The notes beneath the pieces are model-generated. The model did no database searches. It saw only the letters and a list, made by a program, of their open reading frames with translations, and was not told the DNA's origin. From the NCBI GenBank assembly GCA_043821445.1, contig JBDRCT010000029.1, forward strand, positions 7,317 to 71,316: a stretch of DNA of 64,000 nucleotides. Direction: 5' to 3'. Below are positions 1 to 9,703 of this stretch, in pieces. The DNA comes from Candidatus Omnitrophota bacterium. Lineage in GTDB: Bacteria > Omnitrophota > Omnitrophia > Omnitrophales > Aquincolibacteriaceae. A program made the translations under genes and the position numbers. The first letter of the stretch is position 1. Each line of letters starts with the position of its first letter.

Positions 1-213
1 CGCGGGATCGATCAAGTGGCGCTTGAAACGGGGATACCGATCGCGACCGGAGTGATCACGGTAGATAATCTGGAACAAGCGATCGATCGGGCGGGATTGA
101 AGCACGGCAATAAAGGCGAGCAGGCAGCCTTGGCGGCGCTTGAGATAGCGGGTCTCAACGAACGGTTATCCATAAAGGCAAAAAGCGCGGGGGCTCGAAA
201 AAGAAAGAAATAG
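1..213 (+). CDS. ribH: 6,7-dimethyl-8-ribityllumazine synthase, 3' part (truncated by window edge)
   Basis: [32 protein letters not shown] is the RibH C-terminal motif; ribH-nusB synteny. Confidence 0.93.
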   Translation, partial: RGIDQVALETGIPIATGVITVDNLEQAIDRAGLKHGNKGEQAALAALEIAGLNERLSIKAKSAGARKRKK

Positions 214-246
214 AATTTTTATCTTAGGATAAACCAAAGGCAAAAA

Positions 247-696
247 ATGCTTCGCAAAAGAACCCAGGCGCGAGAGTGTGCGCTTCAGATCCTCTATCAG
301 TACGAGATGAACCCGGAGCCTATGCCGGAGATCCTGAAAAAATTCTGGTCTCAGCAGGATGAGGCTTTTTCCGAGGATGTTCGCGTTTTTGCGGAGAAGC
401 TCGCCCTCGGGACGGTTGAACATCAAGCAGAGATCGACAAGGTCGTTGAGCGATATACGGACAACTGGGAACTATCCCGGATGGCCATGATCGATCGTAA
501 CATCATGCGATTTGCGACCTACGAACTACTTTATCTGGCCGATGTTCCACCTAAAGTGACCCTTAATGAAGCTGTGAACCTGGCAAAGAAATTTTCACAA
601 GAAGAATCCGGGAAATTTGTTAACGGTATCCTCGATAAGATCAACCACACCGAAAAGCCCAAAAGCCCCAAGGATCATGACCCTTCCGCCGCATGA
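247..696 (+). CDS. nusB: Transcription antitermination factor NusB
   Basis: RTQARECALQILYQ N-terminus, IDRNIMR, NEAVNLAKKFS, FVNGILD motifs. Confidence 0.96.
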   Translation: MLRKRTQARECALQILYQYEMNPEPMPEILKKFWSQQDEAFSEDVRVFAEKLALGTVEHQAEIDKVVERYTDNWELSRMAMIDRNIMRFATYELLYLADVPPKVTLNEAVNLAKKFSQEESGKFVNGILDKINHTEKPKSPKDHDPSAA

Positions 697-1792
697 AGTT
701 TGGATGAAACGAGCTCTTGCTTTGGCGGAGAGGGGACGTTTCAGTGTTAGCCCCAATCCCATGGTTGGGGCCTGTGTTGTTTCCAGCGGGAAGCTCGTGG
801 GTTCCGGTTTCCATGAGAAATTCGGCGGGCCACACGCTGAGTCGAATGCTTTGGCCAGGGCCGGCAAAAAGGCTCGGGGCGCCACACTTTACGTGACCAT
901 GGAACCTTGTGCCACTTGGCAGAAAACTCCGCCCTGTGCTCCGTATATCAAAGAAAGAGGGATCAAGAAGGTTGTAATCGGTTGTCTTGATCCCAATCCC
1001 TTGAATCGTGGCAAGGGTGTTCGCTTTCTTCGCGAGCAGGGAATTGACGTCAATATCGGTATCTTGGAAGATGAAGTTTGCAAGCAGAATGAGGGATTTT
1101 TTAAATACATAGCCGAAAAAAGGCCGTTCGTGACGTTTAAGATGGCGCAGACCCTAGACGGCAAGATCGCCACACGAAAAGGTTTTTCCCGTTGGATTTC
1201 CTCGCCCCCTTCACGTGAATTTGTTCACAAACTCCGGGCAAGCCATGAGGCAGTTTTAGTGGGAAAGAATACGTTCTATCAAGATGATCCCCGGCTCACG
1301 GTCCCGAAAGGTTCTCATTCGCTCGCCGTCGGAAAACCATGGAAGATTGTGATGATCTCCGCACGAGGTTGGTCGCCGAGAGCGCGTATCTTTGAAGACG
1401 GTCGGCTTACGATCCTTGTATTTCCGGAGAGAGATCTAAAGGCAATCGTTAAAAAAGCGGAGACCCAAAAAGAAACACGGATGCTCTTGCCCGTTAAAGG
1501 AAAACACGGCAGGATCGAGGTCCGCGAGCTTCTTAGAAAACTCGCGTTACTAGGTGTGACCAAACTTCTGGTTGAAGGCGGAGGGGAATTGGCCTGGTCC
1601 TTTCTGGAGACGGGATGCGTGGACCGCGCTTTTTGGATCGTCGCGCCGAAGATTTTTGGTGGTATTCACGCCAAGACCTCCGTGGAAGGCCTTGGCGTGA
1701 GGACCCCGGATCAGGCGTTTTTGTTCAAAACGGCTAAAATAACGCGTTCAGGCGGTGATTGGATTTTTGAAGGAACATTTCACAAAAAATAG
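677..1792 (+). CDS. ribD: Bifunctional riboflavin deaminase/reductase RibD
   Basis: PNPMVG, HAE, EPC...TPPC zinc motifs, reductase LLVEGGG; start placed at ATG 677. Confidence 0.96.
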   Translation: MTLPPHEVWMKRALALAERGRFSVSPNPMVGACVVSSGKLVGSGFHEKFGGPHAESNALARAGKKARGATLYVTMEPCATWQKTPPCAPYIKERGIKKVVIGCLDPNPLNRGKGVRFLREQGIDVNIGILEDEVCKQNEGFFKYIAEKRPFVTFKMAQTLDGKIATRKGFSRWISSPPSREFVHKLRASHEAVLVGKNTFYQDDPRLTVPKGSHSLAVGKPWKIVMISARGWSPRARIFEDGRLTILVFPERDLKAIVKKAETQKETRMLLPVKGKHGRIEVRELLRKLALLGVTKLLVEGGGELAWSFLETGCVDRAFWIVAPKIFGGIHAKTSVEGLGVRTPDQAFLFKTAKITRSGGDWIFEGTFHKK

Positions 1793-1804
1793 GGCGAAAA
1801 GATT

Positions 1805-2476
1805 ATGTTTACAGGCATTGTTGAAAATCAGGGCATGGTTGTAAAGAAAGAAGAGCGTGGCGGCCAGGTCCGGTTCGGGTTCCGGTTTCAGAAAAAAGAA
1901 AGAGGTCTGAAGATTGGGGATAGCATTGCTGTATCCGGAGTGTGTCTGACCGCGGTTCGTGTTACTCCGGACGATTTTGAAGTGGATGTAGTGCGTCAAA
2001 CCTTGGAAGCGACTACGTTAGGAATGTTGGAAAAAAGAGGTTGCGTGAATCTTGAGAGGTCCCTGAAGCTCGGGGATGGGCTTGGGGGTCATTTCGTGAC
2101 CGGGCACATTGATGGTCGGGGTACGATCGTGAAGATCGAAAAGCGAAAGAGGAATACAACCTTGTTCCTGACAGCCTCGAAGGATATAATCGCACTACTT
2201 GCGGACAAGGGGTCGGTCGCTTGTGATGGAATCAGTTTGACAGTGCAGAAGGTTCGCGGAAAAGTATTTCAAATAGCCGTGATCCCGCATACCCTCCAGG
2301 TCACGACCCTTGGTATCAAGCGAGTGGGCTCCGAAGTCAATCTGGAGGTCGATATTGTCGCACGTTACCTTCAGATGTGTTTCGCAAAAGAAAGATCACG
2401 AAGGACTTTTTCGTCTCGCACCATTCTCCGGGAGCTCCTCCAGCGGGGGGTTGAGTGGAAAAAAGATTTGAACTGA
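1805..2476 (+). CDS. ribE: Riboflavin synthase alpha chain
   Basis: MFTGIVE N-terminus, GDSIAVSGVCLT, VNLERSL, GGHFVTGHIDG, VNLEVD. Confidence 0.96.
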   Translation: MFTGIVENQGMVVKKEERGGQVRFGFRFQKKERGLKIGDSIAVSGVCLTAVRVTPDDFEVDVVRQTLEATTLGMLEKRGCVNLERSLKLGDGLGGHFVTGHIDGRGTIVKIEKRKRNTTLFLTASKDIIALLADKGSVACDGISLTVQKVRGKVFQIAVIPHTLQVTTLGIKRVGSEVNLEVDIVARYLQMCFAKERSRRTFSSRTILRELLQRGVEWKKDLN

Positions 2477-2859
2477 ATGCATCCTCCGAGGTTCTTTCGC
2501 CTTTTCGGAAAGAACTCCGCCAGATCCTGATCCATGCGGGGTGGGAAAAGAAGACCACCGAGGAGATCCTTTTGGCGGTCGATGAGGCTTTGACAAATAT
2601 TATCCGGCATGCTTATCAAGGCGGAACAGGTAAAATGACGGTCTCCGTTATGGTAGCCGATGACAGAATCGAGATCGTGCTGGAGGATCGAGGCAAGAAA
2701 TTCGATCCGACCCAACTGCCGCCACCGGAACTTCCGCGTCTTAAACCGGGTGGTTTGGGAGTTCATTTTATCAAGACGATCATGGACCAAGTGATTTATG
2801 ATAACCAGAATCGGGGTGGAAATCGACTTCGTTTGATCAAGCACAAGACTAAAATTTGA
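2455..2859 (+). CDS. RsbW/SpoIIAB-like anti-sigma Ser/Thr kinase (HATPase_c)
   Basis: LAVDEALTNIIRHAY N-box, DRGKKFDP G1 box, GGLGVHFI G2 box. Confidence 0.9.
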   Translation: MEKRFELNASSEVLSPFRKELRQILIHAGWEKKTTEEILLAVDEALTNIIRHAYQGGTGKMTVSVMVADDRIEIVLEDRGKKFDPTQLPPPELPRLKPGGLGVHFIKTIMDQVIYDNQNRGGNRLRLIKHKTKI

Positions 2860-2875
2860 AAGAGAAAGGTGAACT

Positions 2876-3220
2876 ATGAAAATACAATCGACGAATCAAG
2901 GGGACATTCATGTGTTGGAGCTATCAGGGGAATTGGATTATCATTCTTCACCCGAGCTTCGCGAAAAATTAACAGAATTGACCGCGAAACAGGCTCCCAA
3001 GATCCTCGTGAATCTGGGTGGTGTGGATTACATGGACAGTTCCGGCATCGCGACCTTTGTCGAAGCTTTCCAAAAGGCTAAACGCTATCAGGGCCGTCTT
3101 ATTCTCGCGGCGCTTACGCCCACGGTTCGTGGCGTTTTTGAAATTGCCAAACTCGATAGTATTTTTGAAATCGCCTCAACTATCGCGGAAGCCGAGAAGT
3201 CTTTGGGCGTCAAAACCTGA
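2876..3220 (+). CDS. STAS-domain anti-anti-sigma factor (RsbV/SpoIIAA-like, possibly MlaB-like)
   Basis: LSGELD...VDYMDSSGI with the conserved phospho-acceptor Ser. Confidence 0.9.
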   Translation: MKIQSTNQGDIHVLELSGELDYHSSPELREKLTELTAKQAPKILVNLGGVDYMDSSGIATFVEAFQKAKRYQGRLILAALTPTVRGVFEIAKLDSIFEIASTIAEAEKSLGVKT

Positions 3221-3245
3221 ACGTAAATTAAGGGAAAATATTCGT

Positions 3246-4046
3246 ATGAAGGAATTTGCAGGAAAGACCGGACAGTCGGTATTTTTTATTTTATCGGGTG
3301 TCGCCCATTTGTGGAATCTCGGATCAGCGGTCGCCGGTTATACACTTTCAGCTTTTTTTAAGAAGAAGGTCATTCCCAAGGAAGCTCTTTTTCGCCAGAT
3401 GGTTTTGATCGGTATTGATTCTACGGCGATCGTTTCTCTCGTAGGGGCTTCAGTCGGGACCGTTCTGGCCTTACAGGCGGCGTATTCCCTGAAAACCTTT
3501 GGAGCCCTTATGTACACGGGAAGTCTTGTTTGCGTCGCGATGGCCCGCGAATTGGGGCCTTTGATCGCGTCGATCGTGATCTCCGGCCGGATCGGAGCAC
3601 GCATGGCCGCAGAGATCGGGACCATGATGGTTCAAGAAGAAGTGGATGCCCTTACCACGATGGGTATTAATCCGATACGGTATCTCGTCGTGCCGCGCGT
3701 TCTCGCGCTTGCCTTAATGCTTCCGTGTTTAACTGTTATCGTGGATATCGTGGGGATGATCGGTGGTTGGGCGATCGGGACGACAGGGCTTGGGATCAAT
3801 TCCACCCTTTATATCGCCAAGAGCATTGAGGCCCTTTGTCTCAAAGACATCTATACGGGGCTGCTTAAGAGTTTTATCTTCAGTATTTTGATCGCACTGG
3901 TGAGTTGTCACCAAGGGCTTTCCGTTTCAGGTGGCGCAGATGCAGTAGGGAAGGCCACGACGCAAGCGGTCGTAATCTCGATCGTACTGATCATTGTCGT
4001 GGACTGTTTGGCGACGGCAGTCATTTATTACGCCTTGCCCACTTGA
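3246..4046 (+). CDS. mlaE: MlaE family ABC permease
   Basis: RELGPLIASIVISGRIGARMAAEIGTM, EEVDAL..MGINP, VGKATTQAVV; start at ATG 3246. Confidence 0.93.
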   Translation: MKEFAGKTGQSVFFILSGVAHLWNLGSAVAGYTLSAFFKKKVIPKEALFRQMVLIGIDSTAIVSLVGASVGTVLALQAAYSLKTFGALMYTGSLVCVAMARELGPLIASIVISGRIGARMAAEIGTMMVQEEVDALTTMGINPIRYLVVPRVLALALMLPCLTVIVDIVGMIGGWAIGTTGLGINSTLYIAKSIEALCLKDIYTGLLKSFIFSILIALVSCHQGLSVSGGADAVGKATTQAVVISIVLIIVVDCLATAVIYYALPT

Positions 4047-4053
4047 GGAACTT

Positions 4054-4860
4054 ATGAGCGAATCTGAATCGCACGTTATTGAAGTTAGGAATCTCATTAA
4101 GCGTTTCGGGGACCTTACGGTGCTGAACGGGATCAACGTTAAGATCCCTCGCGGCAAGATCACGGTCATTATGGGTGGCTCGGGATGTGGCAAAACGACC
4201 TTCTTGAGACATCTCATAGCCTTGCATCAGCCGACTTCTGGCGAGATCCTGGTGGACGGAACCAATATTGTGGGCCTCAACGAAAAAGAGATGAATAATG
4301 TGAGACGGAAGTTCGGCATGCTTTTTCAAGGATCGGCCCTTTTTAATTCAATGACCGTTGGCGAGAACGTTGCCGTGCCGCTCAAGGAACACACGGATCT
4401 TTCGCCTGAGATTATCCGCATCATTGTCCGCGTGAAATTAGAACTTGTGGGACTAACGGGTTTTGAAGACTTCATGCCCCACCAGATCTCGGGTGGCATG
4501 AAAAAACGCGTGGCGCTTGCGCGTGCGATCGCATTGGATCCAAAAATTGTTTTCTATGACGAACCGGGCGCGGGCCTGGATCCGATCACGGCGAGCATGA
4601 TCGACCGTCTGATCCTGGATCTTAGCAAAAAGCTCAATATCACGTCGGTGGTGGTGTCGCATGAAATGAAAAGTGCGTTCCGAATTGCCGACCAGATCAT
4701 TGTTCTTCATAAAGGCAAAGTGCTACAAATCGGCACGGCTGATGAGATCAAGAATTCAAAGGATTCCTATGTTCAGCAGTTCATTCACGGAGAGTCTGAA
4801 GGTGTCATCCCGTTCAAGCAAACGAGCGAAGCTTATTTAAAAGGGCTTCTTTCCACTTAA
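4054..4860 (+). CDS. mlaF: MlaF family ABC ATPase
   Basis: Walker A GGSGCGKT, GMLFQ, SGGMKKRVALARA, YDEP.AGLDP; start at ATG 4054. Confidence 0.93.
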   Translation: MSESESHVIEVRNLIKRFGDLTVLNGINVKIPRGKITVIMGGSGCGKTTFLRHLIALHQPTSGEILVDGTNIVGLNEKEMNNVRRKFGMLFQGSALFNSMTVGENVAVPLKEHTDLSPEIIRIIVRVKLELVGLTGFEDFMPHQISGGMKKRVALARAIALDPKIVFYDEPGAGLDPITASMIDRLILDLSKKLNITSVVVSHEMKSAFRIADQIIVLHKGKVLQIGTADEIKNSKDSYVQQFIHGESEGVIPFKQTSEAYLKGLLST

Positions 4861-4884
4861 GAATAGTTTCCAGAGGAGGAAAAG

Positions 4885-5517
4885 ATGGATTCGGCAAATA
4901 CTTATTCGGCATCCGAGATCAAATCCGGATTTTTTGTGCTGGTCGCGCTCGTGCTGCTTCTGATAATGACGTTCGTGGTCGGAGGCTACTTTAAGAAGGG
5001 AGCCAACGAATGGAAAGTGCAGTTTGGGTACTTGAGCGGCTTAAGCGATAGTGCCCCCGTTTATTACGCAGGCCGCGAGGTCGGCAAGGTGGATGGTATC
5101 CAGATCGTTCCAGGGAGCGCACGACCCGTGCTGGTGACGGTCAAAGTTTCCAAGGATGCCTATGTTCGCACCGATAGCGTTGCTTATATTGACACCCTCG
5201 GGATGATGGGGGAGAAATTCATTGAGATCTCCGTGGGTTCGGAAAATGCTCCACCTATGGAAGTCGGTAAGGTGATCGAAGGCGTGGACCCGATCCCGAT
5301 GCACGTTCTGATCCGCAAGATGAATCTTTTAGCAGACGAAGTGTCTGAGATGACCGAAGACCTCAATCCCTTGCTGAAGACCGTCAACGATGTGGTGGGC
5401 GGGAATAAAGAGGAGATCTCCAAGAGCATCGGTAATCTTCATGAGGTGTCGGCGAATCTTCGAGACATGACCGCAGAACTGAAATTGCATCCGTGGCGTT
5501 TAATCCGCAAAGGTTAA
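4885..5517 (+). CDS. mlaD: MlaD/MCE-domain protein
   Basis: N-terminal TM, GL...APVYYAGREVGKV, GMMGEKFIEISVG. Confidence 0.9.
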   Translation: MDSANTYSASEIKSGFFVLVALVLLLIMTFVVGGYFKKGANEWKVQFGYLSGLSDSAPVYYAGREVGKVDGIQIVPGSARPVLVTVKVSKDAYVRTDSVAYIDTLGMMGEKFIEISVGSENAPPMEVGKVIEGVDPIPMHVLIRKMNLLADEVSEMTEDLNPLLKTVNDVVGGNKEEISKSIGNLHEVSANLRDMTAELKLHPWRLIRKG

Positions 5518-5870
5518 TGAAAGGATCTTTTATGCGTCTAAGAATATCAATCCTGTTGCTCGCGCTGACAGTGCTTTTGGCGCCTTTTGTGCTGGCCGAG
5601 GAAACATTCGGTGATTATATGTATGGGATCGGGACTAAGTTTGGTCGCGGGCTCGAGAACGTTGTGACCAGCCCTGCCGAAATTCCGTGCACGATCCATG
5701 CGGATATGAAAGATCAAGGCGGTTCCGGATTTTTCCCGGGGTTGGGTATGGGGACTGTTTACATGTTGCGCCGGATGTTTATCGGAGTATGCGAAGTGGG
5801 AAGTTTTTTTATTCCGATGGAACGGACGATCCCCAGGGTTTGTCACGAAGCGGAACCCGCGGTTGTGTGA
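5517..5870 (+). CDS. Secreted protein resembling the TIGR04073 exosortase-system-associated family
   Basis: Signal peptide, then KFGRGLENVVTSPAEIP...R.FIGVCEV pattern; start may be 5532. Confidence 0.65.
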   Translation: MKGSFMRLRISILLLALTVLLAPFVLAEETFGDYMYGIGTKFGRGLENVVTSPAEIPCTIHADMKDQGGSGFFPGLGMGTVYMLRRMFIGVCEVGSFFIPMERTIPRVCHEAEPAVV

Positions 5871-5968
5871 AGCGGTTGGGTGTGTGAGTGGGTGCGGTTG
5901 TCCGCATCAATTTTTGGGATCGAGCGAACGATTCATGGTATCGTTCTCACAATTTTTAGGATTGCGCC

Positions 5969-5998
5969 TTGACGACTGTGCGCGGGTCTTTCTATAAT
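5969..5998 (+). promoter_or_regulatory. sigma70-type promoter
   Basis: TTGACG-18 nt-TATAAT upstream of the AAGGAG RBS of 6028. Confidence 0.65.
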
Positions 5999-6027
5999 GC
6001 TGCGTTCGGCTAAACGAAGGAGAAACG

Positions 6028-6369
6028 ATGACTAAGAATGAAAAAGTTGTTGCGTCCAAAGACCCGGAGGCACAGGATGCGCAGTTTTTTGCGGCGATCG
6101 GCTATTTGAGTTTTCTTTGTTTTGTGCCGCTTGCACTCAAAAAGGAGAACAAGTTCGCGCTTTTCCACGGGAAACAAGCCCTGGTGCTTTTTATCCTTGA
6201 ATTGGCTGCGGCGATCCTGAAGGTTGTTCCCGTGTTCGGAGATCTGGTATTTACTTTGTCGTTCGTAGTGTTCGGGATTCTTTCGCTCATCGGGATCGTG
6301 AAGGTGCTGATGGGAGAGCGGTGGGAGATTCCGGTGATCCACGAGATCGCCGAACGGATCACGTTCTGA
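6028..6369 (+). CDS. DUF4870/Tic20-like small membrane protein
   Basis: AAIGYL..., FALFHGKQAL, three TMs, WEIPVI C-terminus. Confidence 0.75.
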   Translation: MTKNEKVVASKDPEAQDAQFFAAIGYLSFLCFVPLALKKENKFALFHGKQALVLFILELAAAILKVVPVFGDLVFTLSFVVFGILSLIGIVKVLMGERWEIPVIHEIAERITF

Positions 6370-6439
6370 AGCGAACAGGAATTTAAGCCTCATTACACAA
6401 CATCCTTTTCTTTAAAATTGAAAATTTCCAAGGGTTGGT

Positions 6440-8011
6440 ATGCTTACAGGCACTAAAAAAGTTCAGCAAGGCGGGCAGGACTGGTTCGTGGTCCTCAATC
6501 CCCTCCAGAGCGAGTTGGAACGCAACAAAATCGCCCGTGAGATCGCCAAGGCTTTTCGTCTTCCCGTGGACGAGGCTCTCGATCTCGTGCAGAACACCCC
6601 CATCATCCTGGTAGACAATCTTTTGTATGCGACCGCGCTTCAGGTAAAGCAATATTTTCGAAACGCTCAAACGGATATCGTGATTAGTAATGATGGTTTT
6701 TTGAAGCGACGATGTTATCGAACCGTATGGCCTACACCGCCCAATCTCGCATTCCTTCATCAGGCAGAGTCTTCGGCGGCTTCATCCAAAAAAAATGAGA
6801 CTGAAAAGCTTGATCACAGCGAAGCGATCCAGGAGATCCGATCCTGGGTTCAGGCCGAGGGGGTTTCTTCGGAGCGTGGCGATCGGGCCCCTTTGGGGAA
6901 TGGTATGGCCCATCAAAACGGCCGTCATTTTCGGAGCATTCTTGAGGAAGAGCGTGAAAAACTTTTAAAAGAGAGCGTGGGGCTAAGAGAGAGCGTGAGC
7001 CAGCTTCGCAAGGCGCTTGAAAAGGCACAGGCGGAAGTTTCAGAAAAAGAAAGGATTGTAAAGGTTGGCGAGGCTGCAACAAAACAGAAAGAAAAAGAGG
7101 CCCAGGAATTGCAGACTTTGGTGAATCACGCTGAGGAGAAATATGAGCTTCTCCGTGAGGAGTTCCGCCAGACACGCCAGTATTTTGAAGAAAAGCTGGG
7201 TTCCGAAGATCATAAGGCTGAAGAGTTATTGAAGCAGATCGAAGAGCGCGATCTGACCCATAAAGAGCTGCTGCAAGAGAAGCAGATGCTCCTCAAAAGT
7301 TTTCATGCTGTAAAGAATGATCTCCAGCGTGCGAAGGATGAGCAGGAACAGGCGCGTCGCGAATGGGAAAGCCAGACCGCTCAGTTCCGGAGAGAACTCG
7401 AGAATCAAAAAACCCTGGTGGAGGGTCTCCACGCGAAGATTAAAAATCTCGAAGAAGGCAAGAGGATCGTCCAGTCGAGTGAAACTCGCCTGATTCAGGA
7501 ATTAGAACTCCAGACCCAACAGGCCAAACGGTGGGAGCAGAAATCTTCCGAGTTCGAAAAAGAGATTCGGCAGATCCGGGCATCTTTCGAAGACCAGCAG
7601 AAGTCCTGGCAAGTGCGTCTAGCACAGCTTGAGGCCCGGGAGATGGATTTGGAAAATGCTCGCAAGCAGATCCGTCAGCTTTATGCCGAGCTGGATCAGC
7701 GTGAGACTGTGCAGAAAAAGGCCCAGTTCCATGAGCAACTCATGTCCAAAGAGGCGCGCTTGAAGCAGGTGGTCAAACAGCAGGAGAAGATCGAATCCGA
7801 GATCCGTGACCGTGAGGAGGATATGAGGAAACTCTTGGCAGAACAGGAAACGATCGAACATGAAATGATTGAAACGAAGCAGGCCCATCGGCATTTGGCC
7901 GAGAAAACAAAACGTGAGGGTCCTGTTTTGGAACAACGCAAGCACGAAAGTTCTCCAGACGCCTCTGTATTTCACACCTCCCAAGCTCATCCCGAGGCTA
8001 TTGATGATTGA
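6440..8011 (+). CDS. Long coiled-coil protein with an N-terminal L7/L12-CTD/ClpS-like domain
   Basis: E/Q/K/R-rich heptad region after about aa 165; N-terminal LPVDEALDLVQNTPIIL resembles L7/L12 CTD. Confidence 0.7.
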   Translation: MLTGTKKVQQGGQDWFVVLNPLQSELERNKIAREIAKAFRLPVDEALDLVQNTPIILVDNLLYATALQVKQYFRNAQTDIVISNDGFLKRRCYRTVWPTPPNLAFLHQAESSAASSKKNETEKLDHSEAIQEIRSWVQAEGVSSERGDRAPLGNGMAHQNGRHFRSILEEEREKLLKESVGLRESVSQLRKALEKAQAEVSEKERIVKVGEAATKQKEKEAQELQTLVNHAEEKYELLREEFRQTRQYFEEKLGSEDHKAEELLKQIEERDLTHKELLQEKQMLLKSFHAVKNDLQRAKDEQEQARREWESQTAQFRRELENQKTLVEGLHAKIKNLEEGKRIVQSSETRLIQELELQTQQAKRWEQKSSEFEKEIRQIRASFEDQQKSWQVRLAQLEAREMDLENARKQIRQLYAELDQRETVQKKAQFHEQLMSKEARLKQVVKQQEKIESEIRDREEDMRKLLAEQETIEHEMIETKQAHRHLAEKTKREGPVLEQRKHESSPDASVFHTSQAHPEAIDD

Positions 8012-8408
8012 AATGGTTTTGAGTAAGATCAAGGTCGATGAGAATCGGCATGAGCAACTCGTGGTTTTCCGGGAAAAAGACGGGAACCGGTTTCTTCCCG
8101 TGGTGATCGGGTTGCCGGAGATCCATGCCATCAAATTGAAGCTGGGCAACGTCAAGCCGCCGCGGCCGATGACCCATGATCTGATGCTCAAAATCGTCCA
8201 AGAGCTTGGCGGTAAACTTCAGAGGGTCGTGATCGACAAGCTCGAGAACAATACGTTTCACGCCAAGTTGTATATCCTCAAGGAAAATGGGCAAGAGGTG
8301 GTGATCGATTCCCGGCCTTCCGATAGCGTGGCGATCGCGTTACGGGCACAGGTGCCTGTTTTTGCTGACGACGAGATATTGAAGACGGCGAGCGTTTACG
8401 AGGTCTAG
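8004..8408 (+). CDS. Bifunctional nuclease family protein (DUF151)
   Basis: LPVVIG..E..AI, PRPMTHDL, IDSRPSDSVAIALR. Confidence 0.9.
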   Translation: MIEMVLSKIKVDENRHEQLVVFREKDGNRFLPVVIGLPEIHAIKLKLGNVKPPRPMTHDLMLKIVQELGGKLQRVVIDKLENNTFHAKLYILKENGQEVVIDSRPSDSVAIALRAQVPVFADDEILKTASVYEV

Positions 8409-8411
8409 GGT

Positions 8412-9338
8412 ATGGAAAAAAAGATCCATGATGTGATGATCGTCGGTGGCGGTGGAGCAGGGCTGACCGCCGCCCTCTATGCCTCACGCGCAAATCTTTC
8501 CACAATACTTTTTGAAAAACTTGTTTCGGGAGGACAAATTGCCGCCACCGATTTGGTGGAAAATTATCCAGGATTTACGGAAGGCATTCTGGGATCTGAG
8601 ATTGCCCGGAGAATGGAAGCTCAGGCTGTCCGCTATGGCACCCAAATTATTTATGAGGAAGTGAAAGGTCTTTCGCGGAAAGAGGATATTTTTGAGGCTG
8701 CAAGCGTTGAAACGAGCTATGCCGCTCGAGCTGTCATTCTTGCGATGGGGGCCTCGTTTCGCATGATAGGGGTTCCCAACGAAAAGGAGCTCACGGGCAA
8801 GGGTGTTTCTTATTGCGCAACCTGTGATGGGGCGTTCTTTAAGGGCAAAAAGGTCGTTGCGATTGGCGGCGGAGATTCCGCACTTCAGGAGGGGATCTTT
8901 TTGACGCGGTTTGCCGAGCGGGTGATCATCGTTCACCGCCGCGATAAATTGCGTGCGAGTCCAATTCTTCAGGAACGCGCTAAAACGAATTCTAAGATAA
9001 GCTTTATTTGGGATACCGTTGTTGATAAAATCGAAGGCGACAGGAAAGTAGAAGCTGTTCTTTTGAAAAATGTGAAAACAGATGAGAGGCAGAAGATATC
9101 GGTAGACGGTGTTTTTGTTTTTATCGGACATGATCCCAATAGCGGTTTTCTAAAAGATTTTGTGACCCTGGATGAAAAAGGGTACATTGTGACCGATGAC
9201 TCACTCGCAACTTCCGTGCCCGGGGTTTTTGCGGCGGGGGAAGTGCGCAAGGGGGCTGTGCGCCAATTGGTGTCAGCTTGCGGCGAGGGCTGCGCCGCAG
9301 CTTTAGCGGCTCAAGATTTTTTAACCAACCATAGTTAA
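8412..9338 (+). CDS. trxB: Thioredoxin-disulfide reductase
   Basis: GGGGAG FAD motif, GVSYCATCDG, GGGDSA, HRRD, PGVFAAG. Confidence 0.96.
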   Translation: MEKKIHDVMIVGGGGAGLTAALYASRANLSTILFEKLVSGGQIAATDLVENYPGFTEGILGSEIARRMEAQAVRYGTQIIYEEVKGLSRKEDIFEAASVETSYAARAVILAMGASFRMIGVPNEKELTGKGVSYCATCDGAFFKGKKVVAIGGGDSALQEGIFLTRFAERVIIVHRRDKLRASPILQERAKTNSKISFIWDTVVDKIEGDRKVEAVLLKNVKTDERQKISVDGVFVFIGHDPNSGFLKDFVTLDEKGYIVTDDSLATSVPGVFAAGEVRKGAVRQLVSACGEGCAAALAAQDFLTNHS

Positions 9339-9370
9339 ATCGGACGTTTTTATCATTTTATCTGAAGGGA

Positions 9371-9691
9371 GTGTCCATGAGTTTTGACAAAGAATTTGAG
9401 CAAAACATGAAACAACTAATGCATCTTCTAAAAAAGATCATGAGTCAATATCCAATGGAGGGGAAAAATCCTGCGGAGATGATGAAATTCTTTAAAGATA
9501 TGAAAGACAAGAGCTCGGACGTGAATATTTTTTTTCTGAACATGTCGCCGCTTTCTCCGGAAGAACTCGATGAGATCGAGGGAATGTTCGAAGAAGGTGT
9601 GATGGGCGAATATCTCAGGTCGGGAGAGCTTAAATGCGAGCTCAACGATGATGACCAGGTTTTCCTTAAGCGGCATGGCATCCGTTTTTAG
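9371..9691 (+). CDS. Hypothetical acidic protein
   Basis: ORF with GAAGGGAG RBS in operon context; no recognised family. Confidence 0.65.
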   Translation: MSMSFDKEFEQNMKQLMHLLKKIMSQYPMEGKNPAEMMKFFKDMKDKSSDVNIFFLNMSPLSPEELDEIEGMFEEGVMGEYLRSGELKCELNDDDQVFLKRHGIRF

Positions 9692-9703
9692 GGCTATCGA
9701 CTC

